From Candidatus Hinthialibacteria bacterium OLB16 (GTDB lineage Bacteria; Hinthialibacterota; Hinthialibacteria; OLB16), in assembly GCA_001567115.1 (NCBI GenBank), contig LMZT01000169.1:46-64045 (forward strand): a DNA stretch of 64,000 bases. Reading direction: 5' to 3'. The notes under the pieces are model-generated. The model searched no databases, had not been told where the DNA came from, and saw nothing but the letters and a program-made list of their open reading frames with translations. Shown here one piece after another: positions 19,197 through 29,936 of the stretch (positions are counted from its first letter, which is position 1; the number at the start of each line of letters is the position of its first letter). The position numbers and the translations under genes were made by a program.

Positions 19197-20189
19197 ATGA
19201 CGACCAAAAAGACCCGTCCAGACTCAAAAGGAACCTGGGTCACATACCGTCCGGATATCAAGGTTCTCGATTGCACTGTCCGCGATGGCGGGCTGATCAA
19301 CAACCACAACTTCGAAGATTCATTTGTCAAAGCGGTTTATGACACATGTGTGGCTGCCGGAATCGATTATATGGAAATCGGCTACAAAGGTTCCAAAGAA
19401 CTCTATCTGCCCACCGAGCATGGGAAATGGAAGCACTGCACTGAAGATGACATGCGCAGGATTGTCGGTGACAACCCGACTGACCTGAAACTCAGCGCAA
19501 TGGCCGATGCGGACCGTTGTGACTACCACAATGATATCCTTCCCAAAGATCAGAGTGTCCTCGACATGATCCGTGTGGCCTGTTACATCAACCAGATTCC
19601 GACTGCCATCGACATGGTCAAAGATGCCACTGACAAGGGATATGAAACCTGTGTCAATATCATGTCGGTCTCGACTGTTCAGGAGAAAGACCTGCTGGAA
19701 GCCCTGGAAGTTTTAGCCGAAACTCCCGCGGAAACTGTTTACCTGGTGGACAGCTTCGGTTCGCTTTATTCAGAAGAGATCCATGATTTCACCAAGATGT
19801 ACATGCGTGCTTTGAAAGGAACCGGCAAACAGATCGGGATTCATGCGCACAACAACCAGCAGCTGGCCTATGCCAATACGATCGAGGCGCTCATCAGTGG
19901 CGCGAGCATGCTGGATGCGACCATCAATGGGATGGGAAGAGGGGCAGGGAACTGCCCGATGGAGCTGCTGATCGGTTTCCTTCACAATCCAAAATTCAAG
20001 TTGCGGCCGATTCTGGAATGCATTCAGGAAGTCTTCCTTCCCATGCAGGATCAGATGGAATGGGGCTATCAGCTGGCCTATATGGTGACCGGCCAGCTCA
20101 ACCAGCACCCGCGTTATGCCATCAAGCATCGTGAGGGTGATACCCCGGATGATATCATCACCTTTTATGACCAGATGACCAGTGATTGA
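19197..20189 (+). CDS. HMGL-like (pyruvate carboxyltransferase fold) aldolase family protein
   Basis: LDCTVRDGG motif, then GIHAHNNQQLAYANT and GMGRGAGN. Confidence 0.7.
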   Translation: MTTKKTRPDSKGTWVTYRPDIKVLDCTVRDGGLINNHNFEDSFVKAVYDTCVAAGIDYMEIGYKGSKELYLPTEHGKWKHCTEDDMRRIVGDNPTDLKLSAMADADRCDYHNDILPKDQSVLDMIRVACYINQIPTAIDMVKDATDKGYETCVNIMSVSTVQEKDLLEALEVLAETPAETVYLVDSFGSLYSEEIHDFTKMYMRALKGTGKQIGIHAHNNQQLAYANTIEALISGASMLDATINGMGRGAGNCPMELLIGFLHNPKFKLRPILECIQEVFLPMQDQMEWGYQLAYMVTGQLNQHPRYAIKHREGDTPDDIITFYDQMTSD

Positions 20190-20215
20190 GTTGGTGATCC
20201 TCAAAACAAATATGA

Positions 20216-20965
20216 GTGAGGTATGCAGCCATGCGAAACAAAATGGATTTGCTCCTGTTGGCAGGAGTGCTGCTTCTCAGCATGATGACCACAGATTCCA
20301 GGGGGGAATCTCTCGTGCCCGGGCAGCAGGCAGTGACGTTTGAAAAGGATATCCGGGTGACCTTGCACTACCTGCTCTATCTTCCGCCGGATTATGGGAA
20401 AGACCCTGATCAGAAATGGCCCCTGATGCTTTTCCTGCATGGGGCTGGAGAGCGTGGCAGTGACCTCGATAAAATCAAAAAGCATGGCCCGCCCAGGCTG
20501 ATTTCTGAGGGAAAAACTTTTCCATTTATTATTGTCTCGCCACAGTGCCCATCCGATGACTGGTGGTCAAGCGATCAGCTTTTCCCTCTGCTCGATGATG
20601 TCGAGTCTCGTTATCCCGTGGATAAAGAACGTGTTTATGCCACTGGCATCAGCATGGGTGGCTTCGGGACCTGGACTTTGGGGATGGAGCAGCCGGATCG
20701 GTTCGCGGCAATTGCTCCAATCTGTGGAGGGGGTGAGCCAATCCTGGCTTTCCGTTATCGCCACCTGCCCATCTGGGCTTTTCATGGAGCCAAGGATGAT
20801 GTGGTTCCACTGCGAAGGTCCGAGGAAATGGTGGAAGCGATCCGGAAGGCTGGAGGCGATGCCAAACTGACAGTTTATCCGGATGCCCGGCATGATTCCT
20901 GGACTGCCACCTATGAAAACCCTGAGCTCTATGACTGGTTCCTCCAGCATAAGCGGCGGAAATAA
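20216..20965 (+). CDS. Secreted alpha/beta-hydrolase esterase (phospholipase/carboxylesterase family)
   Basis: Signal peptide, LFLHGAGERG and GISMGGFG nucleophile-elbow motifs. Confidence 0.75.
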   Translation: MRYAAMRNKMDLLLLAGVLLLSMMTTDSRGESLVPGQQAVTFEKDIRVTLHYLLYLPPDYGKDPDQKWPLMLFLHGAGERGSDLDKIKKHGPPRLISEGKTFPFIIVSPQCPSDDWWSSDQLFPLLDDVESRYPVDKERVYATGISMGGFGTWTLGMEQPDRFAAIAPICGGGEPILAFRYRHLPIWAFHGAKDDVVPLRRSEEMVEAIRKAGGDAKLTVYPDARHDSWTATYENPELYDWFLQHKRRK

Positions 20966-21085
20966 GTCCACGGCCTTCGAACCGTGTTGGCACCGCGAGG
21001 GTGGCTTTCAGCTCATGGCTTGATCTTGGAGGTTCTGGCTGGCAGATGCCTTGTTCCTGAATCCCTGGAACCATAAGATGAAGGC

Positions 21086-23379
21086 ATGTCAATAGTTTTT
21101 TCCTCCTGCTCGCGGCATCGGCCATCCGAATCCGGACGAATCCGTTGGTCTTTGGTCTTGATCCTGGTCCCGATTTTCGTTCTGGCAGGCTGGTGGCTCA
21201 AAGATTCCTTAACAAGAGTTCAGCCTCGTGAACCCAAACGAAAAGTTGTCGTTCTGGGCTTTGATGGTGTCGATCCCAGGCTCTGCCGCGAATTCATGGA
21301 TAAAGGAGCGCTTCCCAACCTCAGCCAGCTCAGCAGGCAAGGCACTTTCCGTGAGCTCGGAACTGTCAACCCATCCCAATCCCCGGTGTCCTGGAGTTCG
21401 TTTGCAGTGGGGGGAGACCCCGGGCAGCATGGAATTTTCGATTTTCTTACACGCACCGGAGATGATCCGACCTATCTTCCCAGTCCGGAGTCTTTCGTTG
21501 GCCAGATTGAAGCCCGCTTCTTCGGAGGTATTCCTGTGCGTCTACCCAAGGCCATCAACAAGCGTGGTGGCAGAGCCTTTTGGGATTACGCTGCGGAGAG
21601 CGGAATCAGGACAGCCCTGGTTCTGGTGCCGGTTACCTTCGCTCCGCCCTGTCTGCCAAATGGCCTGGCGATCTCCGGCCTGGGTGTGCCCGACCTGTGT
21701 GGGACACAGGCCACCTATTTTATCTGACTTCCAATCCTCGAAAGGTCGGGGTCGCTCAGATGACAGAGTTCGGAGGACTGGTCACCCTGCTGAAACGGTC
21801 AGGTGATTCATACCACGCCCAGCTGGTGGGACCTCCCTCGCCTCTCTGGAAACAGGAAAAATCCAGAAAGTCCGATGCGCTGAAAAAGCAGAAGGATTCC
21901 ATCAAATCTCCCGGCCTTTTGCTGGATGAAAAACAGAAAATCCAATCGGAAATCGACCGGCTTCAGAATGACCTGAGTGCGTTTACCGCCCATCCCCAAC
22001 GGTTGTCGATGCCGATCGAAGTGGTGCCCTTATCGGAACCTGGCACAGCGCGGATAACCATCGATCAGGATGAAAAGGTGGTGGCTGTGGGGAAATGGAG
22101 CGAGTGGTATCGAGTTCGCTTCAAGGTGACCCGTTTCATTTCAGCCCATGGCATCTGCAAGGTTCTGCTTCAATCTGTGACTCCGGATGTGCGCCTGTAT
22201 GTCTCACCCATCGAGATCGATCCCGAACGCCCGGCTGTCCCGATCTGCTGCCCACCCAATTACACACGGCAGCTGGCCCAAAAAATCGGCCTGTTTAAGA
22301 CACGGGGATGGGAGTCAGATACCGCTGGATTGAAGGAGGGAGCACTGGATGAAAAAGCCTTCATCGAAGACACCTTTGAGGTCATGGATAAACATGCCGA
22401 AATGGCTCTCGAGGTCCTGCATGAGGATGATTGGGGGCTTTATGTTGCGGTTCTCTCAGAAACGGACCGGGTCAGTCATGTGATGTGGCGGCTGATCGAC
22501 CCCCGGCATCCGGCTTATGATCCGGTTCTGGCTGCGGAGTATGGTGATTCGATCGAGAAAGTCTACCGCAAGATGGATGACCTGGTGGGAAAATTCCTCA
22601 ATGAAATTGACCCTCTGACGACTGATCTCTATATCATCTCGGACCATGGTTTCCGGTCCTTTCATACCGGGGTGAACCTCAACACCTGGCTGTCTCAGAA
22701 TGGACCAGGTGGAGATGCTTCACGCCCGTTCATGAAACTGAGGCTTCCTGCGAACCGCCAGTATAACCTTCAGGATCTGTTTTCCGGAAACACCGATTTC
22801 TTTAAGGCAAGCATACATGATCCGGTGGAGGGAACCACGAAAACCGAGTATTATGTCAACTGGAATGAGACCCGCGCCTTTGCGCTCGGGCTGGGATCGA
22901 TTTTTATCAACCTCCGTGGGCGGGAAACATGGGGATGTGTGGCACGGGCGGACTACAATGCAGTCTGTGATGAGATCATTCAAGGGCTTGAAAGCCTTGT
23001 CGACCCGGCAACTGGAAAGCGTGTGATCCGAAAGGTCTACCGTGGCCTGGAAATCTACCATGGCCCTTATGCGAATATTGACAGCGTTGCATTCCCGGAC
23101 CTTGTGGTCGGTTTCGAGGAAGGATATCGAGTTGGCTGGCAATCCACTCTGGGAGGGATCACTGATCAGGTGCTTGTTCCGAACCGGGATAAATGGAGTG
23201 GGGATCACTGTGGCATCGATCCCTCGCTCACGAGTGGAATTCTCTTTGCCAACCGACCTGTCGAGGCCTCCAGAACTGAGATCATCGATATCGCTCCGAC
23301 AATTCTCGACTCTCTGGGTGTTCCTTATCCCACACTTCAGGGGCGATCTTTTGCCAGAGAAGGTACTGCCAATCCATGA
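21086..23379 (+). pseudogene. Alkaline-phosphatase-superfamily type I phosphodiesterase/nucleotide pyrophosphatase-like protein, interrupted by a 1-nt deletion in a T4 run at 21718-21721
   Basis: ORFs 21086-21727 (frame 2) and 21580-23379 (frame 1). The N-terminal part has VVVLGFDGVDP ... SPVSWSSF ... HGIFDF; the C-terminal part has YIISDHGF. Adding one T gives the continuous read ...GTQATYFYLTSNPRKVG... Confidence 0.8.
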
Positions 23380-26210
23380 GTGAAGCAGCGGCCATTCAGA
23401 AAGCCCCCGGTCTCGATCCGATCGTTCTGGATCTTCGGAAATTTCACCAGGAAGGCCTTGAAAGAATCTCTGCCAGGCACCGCTCAGGCGCGGGTGGATT
23501 GCAGATCGTCGATGAGACCACCGGGCTGATTGACCAGCTGGTGATGAAGGTCTGGCAGCATGCCCTGCGGGAAGGGTCAAAGAATTCGGCGGTGGATTTC
23601 TCCAAAGCGCCTCCGCGGGTGGCGCTGGTGGCGATTGGGGGGTATGGCCGAGCACAGCTCCACCCCCGTTCGGATATCGATATCCTCTTCCTGCATCAGA
23701 AGAAGCTGACTCCGGTGGAAGAGGAGCTGATCAAATCCAGCCTGCGCACTCTCTGGGATGTCGGCCTGGACATTGGCCATTCGGTCCGGACAGTCAATGA
23801 CTGCATACGCATGGCGGGATCGGATCTCAATACCCAGACCTCCCTGCTCGAAAACCGGTTCCTGGCTGGATACCGCCCCCTCTATGAGGAATTCCACAAA
23901 AGGTACCGAAACTTCATGGCGGGAAGAGGAATCCAGAAGTTCATTGAACAGAAAGAGGCCGAACGCCAGGAACGCTACCGCCGCCATGGTGATACGATTG
24001 CCATCCAGGAACCCAATATAAAAGAAGGCGCAGGCGGCCTCCGCGATCTGCACCACTCCATCTGGCTGGCGCTGGCCATGTATGACATCCCTTCACTGGC
24101 AGGGATCCGCCGCCATGGGCTGGTGCGGGAGCCTTTCTATGGAGTTCTGCAGGATGCGGTCGATTTCATTCTGCGCATCCGGAATGAGCTCCACCTGGCC
24201 TTGAAAACCAACTCCAACCGCCTGACCTTCGAAATCCAGGAGCAGGTGGCCAAGTCGTTCCGCTATCAGGATGAAGGTGGAAACCTCGCTGAGGAACGGT
24301 TCATGCGGGACTATTATGCGGCCGCATCCAATATCCAGCAGTTTGCGGATCGCATGACCAACCACTGCCTGAAGCCATCTCGCTGGCAGTCCTGGCTCTC
24401 TCTGATCAACCGGCGGCAGTATGCGGATGGCTTTACCATCCTCGATGGAGTCCTTCGTGTCAAAGAACCGGAAACCTTCTTTCTGGGCCATCCGGCGCGG
24501 ATCATCCGCATGTTCGAAATATCCCAGGAAACCGGCTGTGCGTTCGATGGCGAAATTCTGACCGAACTGACACGAATCCTGAGCAGCATGACCCCTGAAG
24601 ATTTCAATGATCCCCGGGAAATTGGCCCGAAAATCATGGCGATGATCTCGAAAAAGGGGCGTGTCGGGCCTGTGATGCGGGGCTTTTATGAAACCGGGCT
24701 GCTGGATCTGCTGATGCCTGAATTTTCTGTGATCAAATTCCTTCCGCGGCGGGATTTGTATCATCGCTATACAGTGGATGAGCATTCTGTCCTGACATGC
24801 GAAATTCTGGATGGGCTGGCGGATGAACATCATCCCGAATCCCCCTGCCTGCCGGTGGAGGAGCTGGCCTCACGCTTTCCGGATGCTCATCGGCGCTGGC
24901 GCTGGTGGACCGAAAAACCGGTCATATACAAACCCACTGGCGAGGCTGATTCCCCCGATAAAACAGATACCATGACGCTGCCGATCTTCAGCCAGACCGG
25001 AGCCTCCATCATCGACGAAATCAAAAAACTCTACAGTGAAACCACCAAACCCGGACTGCTCTATCTGGCCACCTTCCTCCATGATGTCGGCAAGGGCCGG
25101 GGAGGGGATCATCAAATCAAAGGGGCGAATCTGGCCTGCGGGATCTGCCGGAGGCTGGGGCTGAATGATCCCGATACCGATCTGGTGATCTTCCTGATCG
25201 AAAAGCATCTCGAATTTGCCAAAGTCGCCTTCCGTTTCGACACACAGGATTTTGCAACTGTTCAGGAATTCGCTTCCTGGTGTGACACACGAGAGAAACT
25301 GGATTACCTCTACCTGCTCACACTGGCCGATATCTGGGCGGTGAACACCGACCTTCTCACTGAATGGAAACTGTCCATGCTGCACCAGTTCTATCGTGAG
25401 GTTCGCGCATTCCTCGATGACCGTGCGGCGGTTGAAGCCAAACATGCTGAAGAGCAGACCAGAGTCTGCACAAAATTCCTTTCAGAACTTCCCAGGGATA
25501 TTACCGAGGTCGAATCCGAGACTCATTTGCAGCGGATGCCGAATGAGTACCTGATGAAACAAAGCTTCGAGACCATCCACCACCATCTGAGACTCCTGAG
25601 AAAATACACCGGGGAACACCCGATTGTCGGCTGCCGCCAGACTTTGCCGAATATTCTCGAGGTTGCATCGATTCAACCTTCGAAGATCGGTGATTTCATG
25701 AGAACTGTCCGCCCGCTTTCATCCCTGGGCCTGAGCATTTCTGAGGCGCGAATCTTTGTCCGGGACGACGGGGTTGCATTCACAACCCTGATGGTGGTTC
25801 ACCAGGAGGGTTCCGAGTTCGGGGATGAAATGATCCAGCGTGTCATCGATCGTTCCATGGACTCCCTCGAGGATCGCTGGGAAGAGAACTGGAATCCACA
25901 GCCTTTACGGCTTCATGATCGTGGGAGGTCCCGCCTGACACCCACAGTTGAAGTCCTCAACAATGTCTCTTCGAAATACACTGTGGTTGAAGTTCGCTGC
26001 GCCGATGCAATCGGGGTCCTGGTTCAGATTGCCACTGTCTTCGCCAAGTACGGCCTGGATATCGGGTTCGCGCGAATTCACACAGAAGGGCAGCGCGTGA
26101 TTGATACCTTCTATGTCCTCGATACAAACCGGCGGAAATTTGAAGAGCCTCAAAAGATCAACTGGCTTAAAAACTCGATGGTCAAGGCATTGAACGAGCT
26201 GCTCGGATGA
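23376..26210 (+). CDS. glnD: Bifunctional [protein-PII] uridylyltransferase/uridylyl-removing enzyme
   Basis: 944 aa; nucleotidyltransferase GGYGRAQLHPRSDIDILFL, HD domain (FLHDVGKG), two C-terminal ACT domains. Confidence 0.9.
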   Translation: MSEAAAIQKAPGLDPIVLDLRKFHQEGLERISARHRSGAGGLQIVDETTGLIDQLVMKVWQHALREGSKNSAVDFSKAPPRVALVAIGGYGRAQLHPRSDIDILFLHQKKLTPVEEELIKSSLRTLWDVGLDIGHSVRTVNDCIRMAGSDLNTQTSLLENRFLAGYRPLYEEFHKRYRNFMAGRGIQKFIEQKEAERQERYRRHGDTIAIQEPNIKEGAGGLRDLHHSIWLALAMYDIPSLAGIRRHGLVREPFYGVLQDAVDFILRIRNELHLALKTNSNRLTFEIQEQVAKSFRYQDEGGNLAEERFMRDYYAAASNIQQFADRMTNHCLKPSRWQSWLSLINRRQYADGFTILDGVLRVKEPETFFLGHPARIIRMFEISQETGCAFDGEILTELTRILSSMTPEDFNDPREIGPKIMAMISKKGRVGPVMRGFYETGLLDLLMPEFSVIKFLPRRDLYHRYTVDEHSVLTCEILDGLADEHHPESPCLPVEELASRFPDAHRRWRWWTEKPVIYKPTGEADSPDKTDTMTLPIFSQTGASIIDEIKKLYSETTKPGLLYLATFLHDVGKGRGGDHQIKGANLACGICRRLGLNDPDTDLVIFLIEKHLEFAKVAFRFDTQDFATVQEFASWCDTREKLDYLYLLTLADIWAVNTDLLTEWKLSMLHQFYREVRAFLDDRAAVEAKHAEEQTRVCTKFLSELPRDITEVESETHLQRMPNEYLMKQSFETIHHHLRLLRKYTGEHPIVGCRQTLPNILEVASIQPSKIGDFMRTVRPLSSLGLSISEARIFVRDDGVAFTTLMVVHQEGSEFGDEMIQRVIDRSMDSLEDRWEENWNPQPLRLHDRGRSRLTPTVEVLNNVSSKYTVVEVRCADAIGVLVQIATVFAKYGLDIGFARIHTEGQRVIDTFYVLDTNRRKFEEPQKINWLKNSMVKALNELLG

Positions 26211-26214
26211 TGGG

Positions 26215-27168
26215 ATGACGGAAGCCCACCCGGAAAACGATCCCGGACGGTTTCTCCTGGCCACTCTGCCGGGGATGGGCGCCTCTTCCTGGAAGCGCCT
26301 GGAAGAGGCCATCGGACCTCCATCTGCAGTCTTGCAGGCATCCGGGGAGGAGTTACTCAACAGTGGCATTCGCCCCGACCTGGCTCGTGAAATTCTTTCC
26401 GCCCAGGCACGGCTCGATGAGACCGGTGAACTGCTTGGCGACTGCCTGACGGCCGGAATTCAGATCTTTTACCCGGAGTCAGAAGGAGTACCGCTTCGTT
26501 TGATCAGCGCCACTCCGGACTGGCATATCCTGACACTCCTGGGAGATCCGGGCCTTCTTGATGCCACGACTGTAATCGGGATGGTCGGCAGACGGCAGGC
26601 AACAGAGGTGGGGGTGCAGCTGGCCTTTGATCTGGCTGCCGGCCTGGCTGGCGAGGGTGTGGCGGTGCTGTCGGGAATGGCCCAGGGCATCGATCAATCC
26701 TCTCATGTCGGGTGCCTTTCCGAGGGAGGCAGCACCATCGCTGTGCTGCCGATGGGGATCATGCGCTTCCTGCGTGAAAACAGGCGCTGGAGGCTGATTC
26801 AGGATGCTTTGGAGGCAGGCAAGCTGCTCCTCATATCGGGTGCTCATCCATTGCAGAAATGGGATGTCTCCGAAGCGATGCGGCGGAATGGCTGGATCGC
26901 TGCCTGGAGCGATGTGCTGGTTGTTGTCGAAGCTGGAACACAGGGAGGGACCTGGAAGACAGCCCGCTCCGCCCGTAAGAAGGGGAAGCAGGTTCTGGTT
27001 TTTACTGGATTTGATGGGAATGAGGCGGGTGTCGGAAACAGCAATCTGATCCGGAGCCTGTCAGCCACTCCGCTCGATGCAGGACTGCCGGTATCAGAGC
27101 TGGTCGGGCGAATTCTGCAGGTGGCTGCAGATTCCTTCGATATCTGTCGCGATAAACTTCTGGATTGA
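26215..27168 (+). CDS. dprA: DNA-processing protein DprA (Smf family)
   Basis: Rossmann-like DprA core (VIGMVGRRQATEVG ... VLSGMAQGIDQSSH ... LISGAHP). Confidence 0.75.
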   Translation: MTEAHPENDPGRFLLATLPGMGASSWKRLEEAIGPPSAVLQASGEELLNSGIRPDLAREILSAQARLDETGELLGDCLTAGIQIFYPESEGVPLRLISATPDWHILTLLGDPGLLDATTVIGMVGRRQATEVGVQLAFDLAAGLAGEGVAVLSGMAQGIDQSSHVGCLSEGGSTIAVLPMGIMRFLRENRRWRLIQDALEAGKLLLISGAHPLQKWDVSEAMRRNGWIAAWSDVLVVVEAGTQGGTWKTARSARKKGKQVLVFTGFDGNEAGVGNSNLIRSLSATPLDAGLPVSELVGRILQVAADSFDICRDKLLD

Positions 27169-27225
27169 TCGATACGCTGCAGGTTCTGATATCGGTCTGT
27201 AGCCGCCACCTCCTTGAGATCAAGT

Positions 27226-27264
27226 AAAAAACCCCCACCCGGGGTGATCCAAGTGGGGGTTTTC
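27226..27264. terminator. Rho-independent bidirectional terminator
   Basis: aaaaaACCCCCACccggggtgatccaaGTGGGGGTtttc: GC stem flanked by an A-run and a T-run, between convergent dprA and the prepilin-like gene. Confidence 0.7.
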
Positions 27265-27284
27265 AAATTGTCTGCTCGAAGAGC

Positions 27285-27995
27285 TCAGAACGAGGTCAGA
27301 GGAATGTATTCCCGTTTGGCAAAGGGAATATCATTGGCAACAACCATCCAGAGGTCCCCTTTGCTTTTGGTTCCATTGGTTGGTGTGTATGCCAGCCCGA
27401 TCCCGCGTGGGTCGGAGCCTCGCACCCAGTGTCCTGCAATCAGGTCCGGCCCCGCCACAAAATAGGCCGAATAGCGAATCCATTTTGGATTATCGCCTTT
27501 CCCGAGCGGGTTGTCATAACGTGAATCCATACCCACCGGAATGGTTCCATCGGACCAGGGGTCCACCGTTTTTGCGGAATCTATGAATTTGTTAGGTGTG
27601 GTCAATGGGCAGTGGACGTTCTGCGCATAAAAAGTATTTTGATCCATAAGGTAAGTCAGGCCACCTTTGGAAGGGTTGTAATTCGCGGTAAGAGGGCAGG
27701 GGAGGGTTGGAATCGGGCTGGATTTATTGCGCGATTTGCGTGTCGGGATCGCAGGATCGTTATAATCGGAATAAAGGAACCCATACAGGGTCATGTGGTT
27801 CAGGACAGCGGTCTCCATGGTTTTCAGATTGCCTTTGGCCTTGGCCACGCGGGCTCTCTCCTGTGCCTCCAGGAAGTTTGGGAGAGCGATTGAGATCAGA
27901 ATAAGGATAATTGCAATTACGATCAAAAGCTCAATCAGAGTAAATCCAGACCGCCCTTCCGATCGCCTGCCGAATCGGTTGTGACAACAGGGCAT
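27285..27995 (-). CDS. Prepilin-type N-terminal cleavage/methylation domain protein (type II secretion pseudopilin-like, PVC-type paralog family)
   Basis: GFTLIELLIVIAIILILISIALPNFLEAQ class III signal; C-terminal motif YTPTNGTKSKGD shared with the 47401 paralog. Confidence 0.8.
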   Translation of the reverse strand: MPCCHNRFGRRSEGRSGFTLIELLIVIAIILILISIALPNFLEAQERARVAKAKGNLKTMETAVLNHMTLYGFLYSDYNDPAIPTRKSRNKSSPIPTLPCPLTANYNPSKGGLTYLMDQNTFYAQNVHCPLTTPNKFIDSAKTVDPWSDGTIPVGMDSRYDNPLGKGDNPKWIRYSAYFVAGPDLIAGHWVRGSDPRGIGLAYTPTNGTKSKGDLWMVVANDIPFAKREYIPLTSF

Positions 27996-28349
27996 TATCA
28001 CTCCTCCTTTATTTGTAAAATGAACAGGTCGCCTGTTCATTATAAATTTACCCCCGCCGGGCAGGGCTTGTCAATTGTGAATCGCCGTTTTTTTTCGGCT
28101 GTCTGCCCTTTTCAGCTTTTTATCAAGCAGGCGGGATGAAATTGAACCCGACATGGTTTCATCGGCAAGCAAAAAACACTAACAAGTAATAGAGATCTAG
28201 ATTATTGAATCGCCACTATGATTGGTTTGAACAAAAAAATCTATTCAGATGGGCTGATTTTTCTTGACATGGTTTGGTGAGAGGAGCATCCTTTTTCAGC
28301 CCTCTAAGAGGGTTGATTCTGAGGTCATATCAGAAAGGAGTACGATGAG

Positions 28350-29849
28350 ATGAAAGAAAAGTTGTTCGTGTTGTGTCTGTTCATGTTGTTCGTTTCTCCG
28401 GTGTTTGCTCAATGCCCCAATGCCAGTCCGGCGGATGTTGGGGTGGATGTCCTGATTCCTGAAAGACTGATGTTCGATAATGATGTCGATAACCTGGGCA
28501 ACTGGGAGCCATACACCTCTGCTTTCGGCGATGGAACACTTGCCCTGGCAGCTAACTCTGAATCCAATCCTCCTCAAGAAAATACGGAACGTGTTGTCGT
28601 CGCTTTCTTCAACAATGATAATTCAGTCGTCGAGGTGCCTGGCTTTTACAGTGGAGTCAATCCGGCGGTCAGCTGGGATGGAAATAACGATACCAACCGG
28701 CAGAACGGCAACCCGCCACGCATCGCCTGTGACAAGCGTCCCGGGGCAACAAAGTACCTGGTTGGAAACGAATGCACCCCTTGGGATTTCCCAGCCCTTT
28801 TTCCGAACTGGGGAAGCGGATTCGGGTACGCTGCTACAGTCGGATGCACCCAGCTGCTCCAGAAGTCCGGGAATACCCCTGTCCCGATCAGCCCGGTTAT
28901 CGATCCCACTTATGGAACAGCGACCAGCGGCAGTCAGATTGGCCACATTCGCTTCGGTGGCGAAATCCGCGCTCTTTCTAATGGCAATTTTATCTGTGTG
29001 GTCGAAGATCGCTCGGGCGAGTTTCCCGGAGCCACCGGGAATGTTCCGGTTGGCAGCATCCTCGATGGCAATACCGGCCAGAAAATCGGGGATTCTTTCA
29101 GCACGAATCTGACTGATCCCTCATTCGGCGATATCTGGAGTGGCGTGGCTGCATTCAATGGTGGGTTTGCAGTGAAGCCGGATATGGGTGCTTCCGGCAA
29201 CAAGATTTTTTTCTGGAACAATGCGGGAACCGCACAGGGTGAGTGGGAAAGAATCGTGCGTATGGATCCCAATGATCCGCTTCCCCCTGCCAATGGGAAC
29301 ACCTCTTCGATCTCCCAGGGCGGACGTGGTGATGGGTTCCGTATCGATTCGGATATCCGCAGCAACTACATCTATTTTGCCGGGCGTGGAATCGATGCGA
29401 CCGGGACCGGTGAAGCGGGTGTGTATGTGACCAAAATCAGCGCCCAGACCCGCCAGACTGTCAAAGAAGCCTATGTCACCCAGGAATTCACCGCACAGCC
29501 GGATCGTGTGAATGTCTGCGCGGATGAAAATGACAATGTTTTCGTATGCTGGAATGACAGCAGCAACACCGGCATGCCGCAGGTGATCGGAAGATTCTAT
29601 GACAGCAACCTGGACCCGCTGACAGAATGCTTCCTGGTTTTCGAAAGCAGCGAAGCAAACCCAGGAGAGGTTGTTGATGGATTCACTGTCAATGCGCCAT
29701 CCTGCGCCATGATCAATGGCCGTGTTCTGGTCACTGCACGGGTCTCCGATAATGCAGTTGTTGGCACGAAGTATGTCGGCCAGGACCAGATCGCCACAGT
29801 CCTTAAAGTTCCGGGGCAGTCCAGTGTCAAAAACTGGGATAAATATTGA
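28350..29849 (+). CDS. Secreted Cys-containing protein of unknown function
   Basis: 499 aa; signal peptide MKEKLFVLCLFMLFVSPVFAQ; Gly/Asn/Asp-rich, beta-rich composition; no recognisable catalytic motif. Confidence 0.6.
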   Translation: MKEKLFVLCLFMLFVSPVFAQCPNASPADVGVDVLIPERLMFDNDVDNLGNWEPYTSAFGDGTLALAANSESNPPQENTERVVVAFFNNDNSVVEVPGFYSGVNPAVSWDGNNDTNRQNGNPPRIACDKRPGATKYLVGNECTPWDFPALFPNWGSGFGYAATVGCTQLLQKSGNTPVPISPVIDPTYGTATSGSQIGHIRFGGEIRALSNGNFICVVEDRSGEFPGATGNVPVGSILDGNTGQKIGDSFSTNLTDPSFGDIWSGVAAFNGGFAVKPDMGASGNKIFFWNNAGTAQGEWERIVRMDPNDPLPPANGNTSSISQGGRGDGFRIDSDIRSNYIYFAGRGIDATGTGEAGVYVTKISAQTRQTVKEAYVTQEFTAQPDRVNVCADENDNVFVCWNDSSNTGMPQVIGRFYDSNLDPLTECFLVFESSEANPGEVVDGFTVNAPSCAMINGRVLVTARVSDNAVVGTKYVGQDQIATVLKVPGQSSVKNWDKY

Positions 29850-29888
29850 TCTGCTGAGACTTCTTCAGTCCAGGACTGATGTTATCGT

Positions 29889-29918
29889 GAAGGCCGGTGG
29901 GATACCCCATCGGCCTTC
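29889..29918. terminator. Stem-loop between convergent genes
   Basis: GAAGGCCG-gtgggatacccat-CGGCCTTC. Confidence 0.45.
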
Positions 29919-29936
29919 TACTTTGATATGCCAGAT

